Below are positions 30,523 to 38,895 of a stretch of 64,000 nucleotides of DNA, piece after piece. Origin of the DNA: Bacteroidota bacterium (GTDB taxonomy: Bacteria; Bacteroidota; Bacteroidia; Bacteroidales; NBLH01); the NCBI GenBank assembly GCA_025361565.1, contig JANYKN010000004.1:2012-66011 (forward strand). Reading direction: 5' to 3'. The number at the start of each line of letters is the position of its first letter. The stretch's first letter is position 1. The notes under the pieces are model-generated. The model did not search any database. It saw only the letters and a program-made list of their open reading frames with translations, and was not told the DNA's origin. Position numbers and translations under genes: made by a program.

Positions 30523-32115
30523 CTACTTTATTACATACACTTTTGTATCTAAAACATTATTAACTTTAAACCATGACATACGCGAAGCAGAGTCAAGATT
30601 TTTCCAATAATTGGTATATGTGCCTGGAGATGTTGCTGTGTATCCATTTACAGAAATAAGATTTAGTGATTGAGCAGCAAGCATAGCATCTAGCTGATAT
30701 TCAACACAATTTGTTTTTATTTCGATAGGTTCATATGAAACAACTGATTTTTCAGGAATATCTTTCATCTTTTCCATTAAAAATTTTACTCTTGATTGAG
30801 CTACAAACTTTTCAGTCCGGTACGAACTTGCTTCTTTATAATAATTGTCTGCAACAACAAAAGAAGCAATTAAAATAAACCAAATCATCGAAAGTTTATA
30901 CTTATTGTTCAATAGATTTCTTACGATGAAAGCTACAGTTATAGCATAAAAAATCAATTCAATATTAATGATTCTTGTAATTGAGCGCATGGAACCAAAA
31001 CCTGGCAAACTGAATACAAATTTATATAAGGAATAGTTTTCAAAACGAATAAACAATAAAAAGGTAATGATTGTAGTGAGTGTCAAAATCTTTAAATTAT
31101 CATCTATAACAAATTGATCCAATTTATTTTTAGTACTTATTTTTATTAGAACTAAAATCATCAAAATAATAAGACAAATGTTTGCCAATCCTCCTGCAAA
31201 AATCTGGTGATCCCAAAATGCAGGAATATCAACTCCAATATTTGAGAGAAAATCCCAGATTAAACTACCTTTTTGGCTATAGAAAAATGATAAAAATGTT
31301 GGTATAGTTGGCAAAATATGTTCATAGCTATTCATACCAACCATTTTTGATCTTGCTATATAAGGTAAAATCAGTGGTAATGTAATAAGCACATTTATGA
31401 TTAAAGAAATAGATATCCAGCCTAACCATTTTAGGTTTCTCAGATGTTGAATAAATTTTTTCCAATGAAAAATGAACACCAATAAAAACATTACTGAAAT
31501 TGGAATCATTAACATTAAACCTAAATATATGCCGCAATATAATTGATAAACAGTTACTAAGATGGTAAGGAAAAAATATTTCGGGCTAAAGTCTTTGATA
31601 AATAGTACAAGCATTGCAAAAGCTAATGGTATTGGAAAACGCGGAAATGTTTGAGCATGTGTTAACTGAGATTGCAGCGCCATTGAAAATGCAAATACCA
31701 TTGCTCCAATTGCAGCAGCATAATTGTTTTTGAAAAGTAATTTCAACAAAAAATAGCAACTTGCATAAGACAATATTGCCATTAAAACAAACCACAATTG
31801 GAATGATGTTTCTCTATCAAAATTCAACAACCTAAAAATAATATAAAAAGGAGCAGTACCAAGCAAATTGTCAGAATATGAAATTACATCTTTTTCAGGG
31901 TACATAAAGGGTGCGTTCCAAAAGGATTTTTCTTGTCCGGTAATAAATAAATGTGCATGTTCCAGAAAATAAGTATTTAATCTGGCATCTCCTAAATCGC
32001 CTGGATAGTGTGAAAAGGATGTTCCAATAATATTAAATACAATAAAATATAGACCAATTGCAAGACCAAAAATAAATGGGAAAAGCCGGAGTAATAAACC
32101 AAATTTAATTTTCAT
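30523..32115 (-). CDS. Large polytopic membrane protein (possible GT-C-type glycosyltransferase)
   Basis: 530 aa with more than 10 hydrophobic helices and a soluble C-terminal domain. It ends 17 nt upstream of the GT2 gene on the same strand. Confidence 0.45.
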   Translation of the reverse strand: MKIKFGLLLRLFPFIFGLAIGLYFIVFNIIGTSFSHYPGDLGDARLNTYFLEHAHLFITGQEKSFWNAPFMYPEKDVISYSDNLLGTAPFYIIFRLLNFDRETSFQLWFVLMAILSYASCYFLLKLLFKNNYAAAIGAMVFAFSMALQSQLTHAQTFPRFPIPLAFAMLVLFIKDFSPKYFFLTILVTVYQLYCGIYLGLMLMIPISVMFLLVFIFHWKKFIQHLRNLKWLGWISISLIINVLITLPLILPYIARSKMVGMNSYEHILPTIPTFLSFFYSQKGSLIWDFLSNIGVDIPAFWDHQIFAGGLANICLIILMILVLIKISTKNKLDQFVIDDNLKILTLTTIITFLLFIRFENYSLYKFVFSLPGFGSMRSITRIINIELIFYAITVAFIVRNLLNNKYKLSMIWFILIASFVVADNYYKEASSYRTEKFVAQSRVKFLMEKMKDIPEKSVVSYEPIEIKTNCVEYQLDAMLAAQSLNLISVNGYTATSPGTYTNYWKNLDSASRMSWFKVNNVLDTKVYVIK

Positions 32116-32195
32116 TAAAAATATAAATCATAAAATTTCACCTTTCTAGCATTATATTCATCATAAAAAGGTTCAATAAATTGATGAAGTAATCA

Positions 32196-32771
32196 CTAAA
32201 TCAAAATCAAAAAATCATCGGGTACTTTATCGCGAACTTCAGGTGGTATTACTTTTTCTTTAAAACCATCTAAAAAGTCCCTGGTTTTTTTAGAGATAAG
32301 TTCTTGAATTTCATCAATAGCCTTTTCGCCAATGGCAAAAGGGAAATTTCCTAAAAGCAGGCGATTTTGAAAGCACATGCCACCAATCCGATATGAATTA
32401 TATTCTAAAATCGGTTTTTTAGTTATAATACAATCTGAAATGAAGTCTGAAAGTTTATGATTTTCCCGATTTGCTAATCTTTCTTGTCTTTTATCAAAAT
32501 CAACATACAAATCGTAGTACATTTTAATGCGCTTCATACTTTCTACTGATAACTCCGAAGCTGCATTATGTTGACAAACAGAACATAACGCATATTCAAA
32601 TATAACTTCAAATTTTTGGCTGCTTATATTTTTTTGAAAAGCTTTTTCGATCAAATAAGGAGAATTATCTGTGAGTAGATTTTTACCACAAATCATACAA
32701 TGCCCAATAGGCTTGCTGGTTTTAGAAGATAAAAATTCTTCTGGCAATGATATTGAAGGAAAATTCCACAT
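32196..32771 (-). CDS. Hypothetical protein with two CxxC pairs (zinc-ribbon-like)
   Basis: 191 aa with CMICGKN ... CSVCQH. I recognise no family. Confidence 0.4.
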   Translation of the reverse strand: MWNFPSISLPEEFLSSKTSKPIGHCMICGKNLLTDNSPYLIEKAFQKNISSQKFEVIFEYALCSVCQHNAASELSVESMKRIKMYYDLYVDFDKRQERLANRENHKLSDFISDCIITKKPILEYNSYRIGGMCFQNRLLLGNFPFAIGEKAIDEIQELISKKTRDFLDGFKEKVIPPEVRDKVPDDFLILI

Positions 32772-32831
32772 TATTAGAGTATCAATTCTTATTTATCGAT
32801 TTTAAAGATTCAATTTTGAATTTGGTTTAAA

Positions 32832-33716
32832 CTATTTGCTGAATGTAATTTTGGTTGTAACTTTATTCGAATCAACCACTTCATTAACAACCATTACAAA
32901 TTTATTTTCAGTTAGGCTTTCGAAGTGAATTGTATCTTTTCTGTTAACTCCATTTGGTTCAAGTAAAAGCATATTTAATTCAGAATTGAATTCCCATTTT
33001 CCAATTTGTGGCTCAGGTGTAAATCCTTTTCGCTCAAAGGTATGATCTTCATTAAAAGTCAATCTGGCATTGGCTTTCAGATTTTTAAGTGTTTGAATTA
33101 TATTGATGCTATCCATATGATTCCTTGGTAAATTATCCTGATAATCAGATAGTTGCCATTGTCCAATTATAATTTCCGAATCATTGTTTTCTGATAAACT
33201 GGTATATACAAAGTAGAAAATTACTGCTAAAGCAATAGCGGCTATTGCATATATAATTGGTTTTGAAATAGTTTCCGGTGATTGATTCTTTTTTGAGGAA
33301 TTGGATTTTTTTACTGATTTTTTTCCGCCCGTTAATTCTTCATATGCATCAATTAATACTTCATATGAAGCTTCGAAAGTGTCTTCATACGCCGCAACCC
33401 AGCTAAAAGTGTAAAAGAAATGATCAGTATAAAGATTTGACTCAATTTTTTCAAGCACAAATGGAATAATTCCTATCTGATTATCAAGTGCATACTCAAG
33501 TGATTGAATCATTTCTTTACTAGAAACCGAATTTTTATCGATGATTAAAAGCAAGATCTTAGAATCTTCAACAGTTGCTTTTAGCGAATCATTTTCTTCC
33601 TGCTTATAATCCCTTGGCGATACCCAGCATGAAATACCATCGGATTCCAGTTTTGAAACCAATTTTTTTACAAGTGATTTGTTTTCTTTTTGATAAACCA
33701 AACAAAGGTCTTTCAT
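32832..33716 (-). CDS. TIR-domain protein with one TM helix and a C-terminal lipocalin-like extracytoplasmic domain
   Basis: 294 aa. Residues 1-~125 fit the TIR_2 pattern (LCLVYQKENKSLVKKLVSKLESDGISCWVSPRDY...LLLIIDKNSVSSKEMIQSLEYAL...IIPFVLE). A basic stretch, GGKKSVKKSNSSKKN, precedes the TM segment IIYAIAAIALAVIFYFVYT (aa 153-172). The C-terminus (IIGQWQLSD...IGKWEF...LTENKFV) is paralogous to the neighbouring lipoprotein. Confidence 0.7.
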   Translation of the reverse strand: MKDLCLVYQKENKSLVKKLVSKLESDGISCWVSPRDYKQEENDSLKATVEDSKILLLIIDKNSVSSKEMIQSLEYALDNQIGIIPFVLEKIESNLYTDHFFYTFSWVAAYEDTFEASYEVLIDAYEELTGGKKSVKKSNSSKKNQSPETISKPIIYAIAAIALAVIFYFVYTSLSENNDSEIIIGQWQLSDYQDNLPRNHMDSINIIQTLKNLKANARLTFNEDHTFERKGFTPEPQIGKWEFNSELNMLLLEPNGVNRKDTIHFESLTENKFVMVVNEVVDSNKVTTKITFSK

Positions 33717-33879
33717 GTTTTAAAGTCGTATTATAGATTTGTTAATTGAGTTGTAGGCCAACTGAATATTTTAATCAAGATAACCGGAAAATCTTCTGAT
33801 AATGATAGATTAGCAGATTGGATAATAACTATGATTATAAACATAATAGCCTATCCATATTAAAAAGGTAAAACAAAAT

Positions 33880-34299
33880 TTATTTTTTCTTATTGGCTTG
33901 TTTTTCCCAGGTAATGGTATTTTTACTGTCATTGATTTCTATTGAAACGACCAATTTCGAATTTGTTAATTCAACAACATCAGAAACTTCAGAATTTCCA
34001 TCCTCATATGTCAGCGTCAATTTTTTTGCATCAGGACTCAAAACCCATTTTCCAATGCTGCTTTCTTCCAAAATAGTCTTTGTAAATGTGCCATCTGCGT
34101 TTATAACCCATAATGAACTTGCTTTCATTTCGTCAAGAGTTTCCTTGAGTTTTTGTTTTATATCTGGTGAAATTTCTTGACTATATGCTATATCGGCAGC
34201 CTTCCATTCTCCAACTATTAATCCGGATGGATCTTTTTTGCAGGAAACAACAAAAATAGAAATTAGTAATAAAGCAGCTAAAAATCCTGAAGTTTTCAT
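33880..34299 (-). CDS. Lipocalin-like domain lipoprotein
   Basis: The start is trimmed to MKTSGFLAALLLISIFVVSC (lipobox). LIVGEWKA...DGTFTK...IGKWVL...LTNSKLVV matches the Lipocalin_4-type pattern and the C-terminal domain of 32832-33716. Confidence 0.6.
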   Translation of the reverse strand: MKTSGFLAALLLISIFVVSCKKDPSGLIVGEWKAADIAYSQEISPDIKQKLKETLDEMKASSLWVINADGTFTKTILEESSIGKWVLSPDAKKLTLTYEDGNSEVSDVVELTNSKLVVSIEINDSKNTITWEKQANKKK

Positions 34300-34748
34300 A
34301 ATAATTAAGTTTTGATTAAACAAAGCAAAAATAAACAAATCTATTTAATTAACTCTTAAATCCTTAAGTCTTTTTATAAGTATTTGTAAATGAATATATT
34401 TAATGCATAGACAAAGAATGAAACAATCTTTGTGCTCCATTTGTTATTGACTCATAAAGTAGAAAGAGCCAGCTTGGTTGTAGTATAAAATCTAGTATAC
34501 AAGTATCAGAAGGCATTAATTATTGATCCTTTTTTTCAACGTTGTTGATGAAAACAAACTTTTTTTATTGTGAAAAAGAAAACCCGGATAATGAATAATT
34601 GGTACTCTATTTGGTATAAAAATATTTATTATTGTATAGTCTTTTTGTATAAAGGATTAATTTAGTATATTTGAAGACCTGTTAAATACTAAATTACAAA
34701 AGAAAATTTATTGTTTAATTGTATACAATGCTTTGAAATTATTTTAGA

Positions 34749-35312
34749 ATGGACGAAATTTTAATTGATCGGGATAGAATACGCGATATATTTGTCGGTA
34801 TAAAACCTTATTTTAAAGATAAACTTGGAAAATATACTCACCAACGTATTTCAGGTGACTGGCATTTTCACGGTTTGGGTTTTGTAAATGGCGATATGAC
34901 ATACGTATTTGGTATCAATATTGGATTTTTTAAAGTAAGCACCAAAAAGCATTATAGTCACGTTGGTATGAATCTACTTGTTCGTACCAATGGAATTAAC
35001 AGGGAATTGCGACTTAAGTACCGTGATTTTTTCAGGCAAAATCTATCCAACTGGATTTCTGATGCAGAAATGATTTATACTTCAGACAGAGGTGGGATTG
35101 GAAGTGAATTTCCTAAATACAGAGCTTTGAGCGAATTCGAAAATGATGAACAAATTATAAATTTCCTTAAAGAATGTATTGATGGAATGCATAAAATATA
35201 TCCATTGATTGCAGCAAATCCGGATAAATTATTCGAAAATGTTTTACGGGCAGCCCCTCCATGGCACGATTTACTTGTTCAAATTGCTGATGAATTTAGT
35301 AACCAGGAATAA
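34749..35312 (+). CDS. Hypothetical protein
   Basis: A 187-aa ORF with coding-like composition. It lies 23 nt upstream of the BatA-like gene. I recognise no family. Confidence 0.35.
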   Translation: MDEILIDRDRIRDIFVGIKPYFKDKLGKYTHQRISGDWHFHGLGFVNGDMTYVFGINIGFFKVSTKKHYSHVGMNLLVRTNGINRELRLKYRDFFRQNLSNWISDAEMIYTSDRGGIGSEFPKYRALSEFENDEQIINFLKECIDGMHKIYPLIAANPDKLFENVLRAAPPWHDLLVQIADEFSNQE

Positions 35313-35335
35313 AACGCTTTTATAGCGAATTCAAC

Positions 35336-37393
35336 ATGAGTTTTTTATATCCATCCTTTTTTTGGGCTTTGTTTTTAATTGCGATTCCGGTAATTATCCA
35401 TCTTTTTAATTTCCGTGTATATAAAACTGTATATTTCAGCAATATTAAGTTTTTGCAGGATATTAAGGATGTAAGCGATTCAAAATCAAAAATTAAACAT
35501 TTAATAGTTCTTTTATTACGAATACTTGCCATAGTTGCACTTACCATTGCTTTTGCAGTCCCTTTTGTACCAGTTCTAAAAACTAAAGATTCATTCAAGG
35601 AGCGAATAGTTACCATTTATCTGGATAATTCGTATAGTATGAATGCTGGAAGTTTGCATGGAAACTTATTTGACGCTGCAAAAGAAAGAGCGCGAAAAAT
35701 TGTTTCTTCATATGATAACCGACAAAAGTTTTTTTTCCTTGATAATGATATGGAATCAAAGCACCGCATTATTACCAATAAACAGCAAATAACTGAATTT
35801 ATCAATAATAGTGTGCTTTCGGGTGCGGTTTCTGATTTTTCCAAGCTTATTCAATTTCAAAGAAATTTTATGAAACAGGAAAATGAAATCAAACAATATC
35901 ACCATTTATTTTACATGATTTCGGATTTTCAGAAAGTAGTTTCGGATTTTCGGAATTTTGAATCAGATTCCAATACTTTTTTTTATTTATTACCCCTCGC
36001 AACCAATTCGACCAATAATATTTATATCGACTCGTGCTGGTTTTCATCACCGGGCCGAAACTTGAATAAAAATGAAAATTTGAATGTAAGGGTTGTAAAC
36101 AAAGGAAAGGAAGAATATCAGGATATTCCTATTCGGTTATTTGTAAACGGAAGACAAAAAGCGATAAATAATTTTCAAATAGATGCAAATAGTTCTAAAA
36201 CTGTGGTCTTGAATTATTCAAACACCGAAAGTGGAATTTTGCCTTCTTCGCTTGAAATCACTGATTATCCGATTACTTATGACAACAAATTCTATTTCAG
36301 TTACCAAATTAATAAACAAACTTCGATTTTAATTATCAATAAATCGGAAAACAAATATCTGAATGCTTTGTATAAAAGCGATTCATCCTTTGTGCTTCAA
36401 AATAGTAATACAGGAAGTTTGCGAACTTCCGAATTTCCAAATTATCAGGTTATTATACTTGATGAGCTTGATGGTTTTTCATCCGGATTAATTGGAGAAC
36501 TTAAACGTTTTGTTTCAAATGGTGGTGTAATGGTTTGTATTCCAGGCGAAAATACAAACTTGATTGAGCTTAATAATTTACTTTCTTCAGTTAACGCTAA
36601 CCTGATGAACGGAATTGTAAAACAAGTTACACAGCTTGAAAAGATTAATTATGAGCATTTTATTTATAAGGATGTTTTTATTAAAAATGAAGATAAATTA
36701 ATTCTTCCCGAAATAAAAAGCTATTTTCCGGTGAATTTAAGTACACAATCAGTAAGCAATATTCTTTTAAGTTCCTTATCTGGCAAACCTTTGCTTATAC
36801 AAACCAATTTTGATAAAGGTAAAGTGTATACTTTTACGTTTCCATTGGCAATTGAAAACAGCGATTTTGTTGTTCATTCTCTCTTTGTTCCAACCTTGTA
36901 TAATATTGCTGCTTTTAGTCAAACCTATGAGAGATTGTTTTATACCATTGGTAATGATAATATTATAGATTTAAACCTGAAACCCACCACAGGCGATAAA
37001 AGCTTTCATTTGATTGATTTGGAAGGAAAAACAGATTTTATTCCGCAATTTTCGGGAATTGGTGAGCAAGGTATCCGTTTAAACTTGATGAAAAACATCG
37101 TATTTGCCGATAATTATTTATTGAAAGTGAACAGCAACAATTTAAAATGTCTTTCTTTTAATTACAATAGAAAGGAATCAGATCTGGATTTTTATAAAAA
37201 TGATGAAATAGAAAAGCTAATTGAAGACTACAAACTTTTGAATTTTAGTATTTTATCTGCAAATTTGAATGAATTGCAAACCCAAATTGAAGATTCATTA
37301 AAAGAAAGAAAAGACTACTGGAAATGGTTTATTTCATTTGCTTTTATTTTTCTTATTTCTGAGATATTCATTCTTAGATTATGGAAAGATTAG
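35336..37393 (+). CDS. BatA N-terminal double-TM domain protein (aerotolerance-related family), with C-terminal TM anchor
   Basis: 685 aa with an N-terminal MSFLYPSFFWALFLIAIPVIIHLFNFR typical of BatA_N/TIGR02226, and a C-terminal helix WFISFAFIFLISEIFIL. Confidence 0.6.
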   Translation: MSFLYPSFFWALFLIAIPVIIHLFNFRVYKTVYFSNIKFLQDIKDVSDSKSKIKHLIVLLLRILAIVALTIAFAVPFVPVLKTKDSFKERIVTIYLDNSYSMNAGSLHGNLFDAAKERARKIVSSYDNRQKFFFLDNDMESKHRIITNKQQITEFINNSVLSGAVSDFSKLIQFQRNFMKQENEIKQYHHLFYMISDFQKVVSDFRNFESDSNTFFYLLPLATNSTNNIYIDSCWFSSPGRNLNKNENLNVRVVNKGKEEYQDIPIRLFVNGRQKAINNFQIDANSSKTVVLNYSNTESGILPSSLEITDYPITYDNKFYFSYQINKQTSILIINKSENKYLNALYKSDSSFVLQNSNTGSLRTSEFPNYQVIILDELDGFSSGLIGELKRFVSNGGVMVCIPGENTNLIELNNLLSSVNANLMNGIVKQVTQLEKINYEHFIYKDVFIKNEDKLILPEIKSYFPVNLSTQSVSNILLSSLSGKPLLIQTNFDKGKVYTFTFPLAIENSDFVVHSLFVPTLYNIAAFSQTYERLFYTIGNDNIIDLNLKPTTGDKSFHLIDLEGKTDFIPQFSGIGEQGIRLNLMKNIVFADNYLLKVNSNNLKCLSFNYNRKESDLDFYKNDEIEKLIEDYKLLNFSILSANLNELQTQIEDSLKERKDYWKWFISFAFIFLISEIFILRLWKD

Positions 37394-37695
37394 AAAGCAA
37401 AAGTAAAAATTGAAATAAAGGTACAGCGACTGCTATATTAACAATCCAACAACTGAATTCAAAAACTTATTTCTGAGATAATTTTCTTATGAAATGCCAT
37501 CTGTCATTTAAATTCTGAGAGTGATAAATCTTATTTTCAATATGTATTTCCAATAAATTAGTAATAATATACAATTAATGTATATTTATGCAAAAGATTT
37601 TTATTGATTTATTTTGTATTAGTATCTATATATCAATAATATATAAAGTTATTTTGTTAGTTTAACACAAATTTAATCATTATTTAATATAAATA

Positions 37696-37728
37696 TTTGC
37701 ATAAATTAAAATTATGCATTTATATTTG
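37696..37728 (+). promoter_or_regulatory. Bacteroidota-type promoter candidate (TTTG -21 nt- TATATTTG) with an embedded inverted repeat TGCATAA-N7-TTATGCA
   Basis: TTTG lies at 37696-37699 and TAnnTTTG at 37721-37728. The palindrome arms are at 37698-37704 and 37712-37718. The site is about 29 nt upstream of leader ORF 1. Confidence 0.35.
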
Positions 37729-37756
37729 TCCTATAAATAATTTAAGATTTTTAGGT

Positions 37757-37868
37757 ATGAAATCCATTTTCCAAAACCCGTATAGACGCTTTATTAAATT
37801 TATTACTTAGGAAAGTGGATTTGTAATTATATTATAAAGCTTTCCAATATTTGGAAAGCTTTTTTTTT
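37757..37868 (+). promoter_or_regulatory. Candidate arginine attenuator unit 1: 17-codon leader ORF (MKSIFQNPYRRFIKFIT) plus terminator
   Basis: The ORF spans 37757-37810 with AGA CGC at 37784-37789. The terminator stem is 37836-37845/37853-37862 (10 bp), followed by T8. Alternative pairings are 37760-37772 with 37810-37822 (13 bp, one GU), and GGAAAG 37810-37815 with CTTTCC 37840-37845. Confidence 0.5.
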
Positions 37869-37894
37869 GAATAATAACCAATAAATTAAAGATA

Positions 37895-38021
37895 ATGAAC
37901 AGATATTATAAAAACCCGTGCCGCAGATGTTTGCCTGGACTTTAATTTCGGTAGTTTAATATTATTGTTTTGATATCAAAATAATATAGGCCTACCGAGT
38001 ATTTCAGTAGGTTTTTGTTTT
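37895..38021 (+). promoter_or_regulatory. Candidate arginine attenuator unit 2: 16-codon leader ORF (MNRYYKNPCRRCLPGL) plus terminator
   Basis: The ORF spans 37895-37945 with CGC AGA at 37922-37927. The terminator is CCTAC..GTAGG (37991-37999/38003-38011), followed by TTTTTGTTTTT. The anti-terminator TTCGGTAG (37947-37954) pairs with CTACCGAG (37992-37999). Confidence 0.5.
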
Positions 38022-38052
38022 TAATAGATTTGTTACAATTAAAATTGAAAAA

Positions 38053-38616
38053 ATGATTGATACTATAATTGATACAACTTTGAAAGTAATAGTAATTGAA
38101 GCAGGTCCAGAACATGGAAAATATGCTGAGCAAATTGTTGAAATGATCGAAACAGCTGCACGGATAAGAGGTACAGGAATAGCAAAACGTGATCCACGCT
38201 ATATTGAAAAGAAAATGACTGAAAATAAAGCAATCATTGCACTTAATGGATCAAAACCTGTTGGTTTTTGTTACATCGAAACCTGGGATCATGGCAAATA
38301 TGTAGCAAATTCTGGTTTAATAGTTGATCCGGAGTTTCGCCAGTCCGGTTTGGCCAAAATGATTAAAGCAAAAGCATTTAATTTATCAAGAAAACGATTT
38401 CCCGAAGCTAAAATTTTTGGTTTAACTACCAGTTTGCCAGTGATGAAAATCAATTCGGAATTGGGATATCGTCCGGTTACTTTTTCTGAGCTTCCGAAAG
38501 AAGATGCTTTTTGGAAAGGATGCAGCAGCTGTGTTAACTACGATATTCTTCAACGAACAAGTCAGAAAATGTGTCTGTGCACAGGAATGCTTTATGAACC
38601 AAATAATAAAAAATAA
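38053..38616 (+). CDS. GNAT-family N-acyltransferase of the arginine cluster (putative glutamate N-acyltransferase)
   Basis: 187 aa with a GNAT core (PEFRQSGLAKMIKAKAF). From memory, its position at the head of the arg cluster matches other Bacteroidota. Confidence 0.65.
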   Translation: MIDTIIDTTLKVIVIEAGPEHGKYAEQIVEMIETAARIRGTGIAKRDPRYIEKKMTENKAIIALNGSKPVGFCYIETWDHGKYVANSGLIVDPEFRQSGLAKMIKAKAFNLSRKRFPEAKIFGLTTSLPVMKINSELGYRPVTFSELPKEDAFWKGCSSCVNYDILQRTSQKMCLCTGMLYEPNNKK

Positions 38617-38629
38617 ATAATATTTTTTT

Positions 38630-38716
38630 AACCCTGCCAGTGTTCTGATAATAAATATATTGTAAATTGTAAATTTGCAATTATATTTTGGTATCCGCGC
38701 TGGCAGGGTTTTTTAT
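38630..38716 (+). terminator. Long-loop hairpin with T-tail between the GNAT gene and argC (terminator or attenuator)
   Basis: AACCCTGCCAG (38630-38640) pairs with CTGGCAGGGTT (38700-38710), followed by TTTTATT. The 59-nt AT-rich interior has further self-complementarity (AAATATATTG/CAATTATATTT). Confidence 0.5.
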
Positions 38717-38895
38717 TGAAAGGAACAAATGTCTGAATTTACTTTAACAAGTTTATAAATCGAATTATATTTCGCATTTTTGACAATTGTTTTTTCTATG
38801 CTTTTTTGTCTTTCTAAAAGCTCAAAATAAACATTAATTTTAAACCATGGCATTGTATTCACTATGAAATCAATAGCTTTTTTCAAAAAACAAAT

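Noticed and set aside
37698-37718. Whether the promoter palindrome is a canonical ArgR ARG box.
   Set aside because: The half-sites resemble TGAATAA, but the arm spacing does not fit the 18-bp ARG box (TGAAT-N4-ATTCA core). It is kept only as an unassigned operator-like repeat.
38025-38032. A TAGATTTG box 20 nt upstream of the GNAT start, considered as the real arg promoter. If it were, the leader units would be irrelevant.
   Set aside because: It cannot be excluded, but TAnnTTTG occurs frequently by chance in this AT-rich DNA and no TTTG lies at the right distance upstream of it. It is listed as the main refutation test for the attenuator hypothesis and is not called as a feature.
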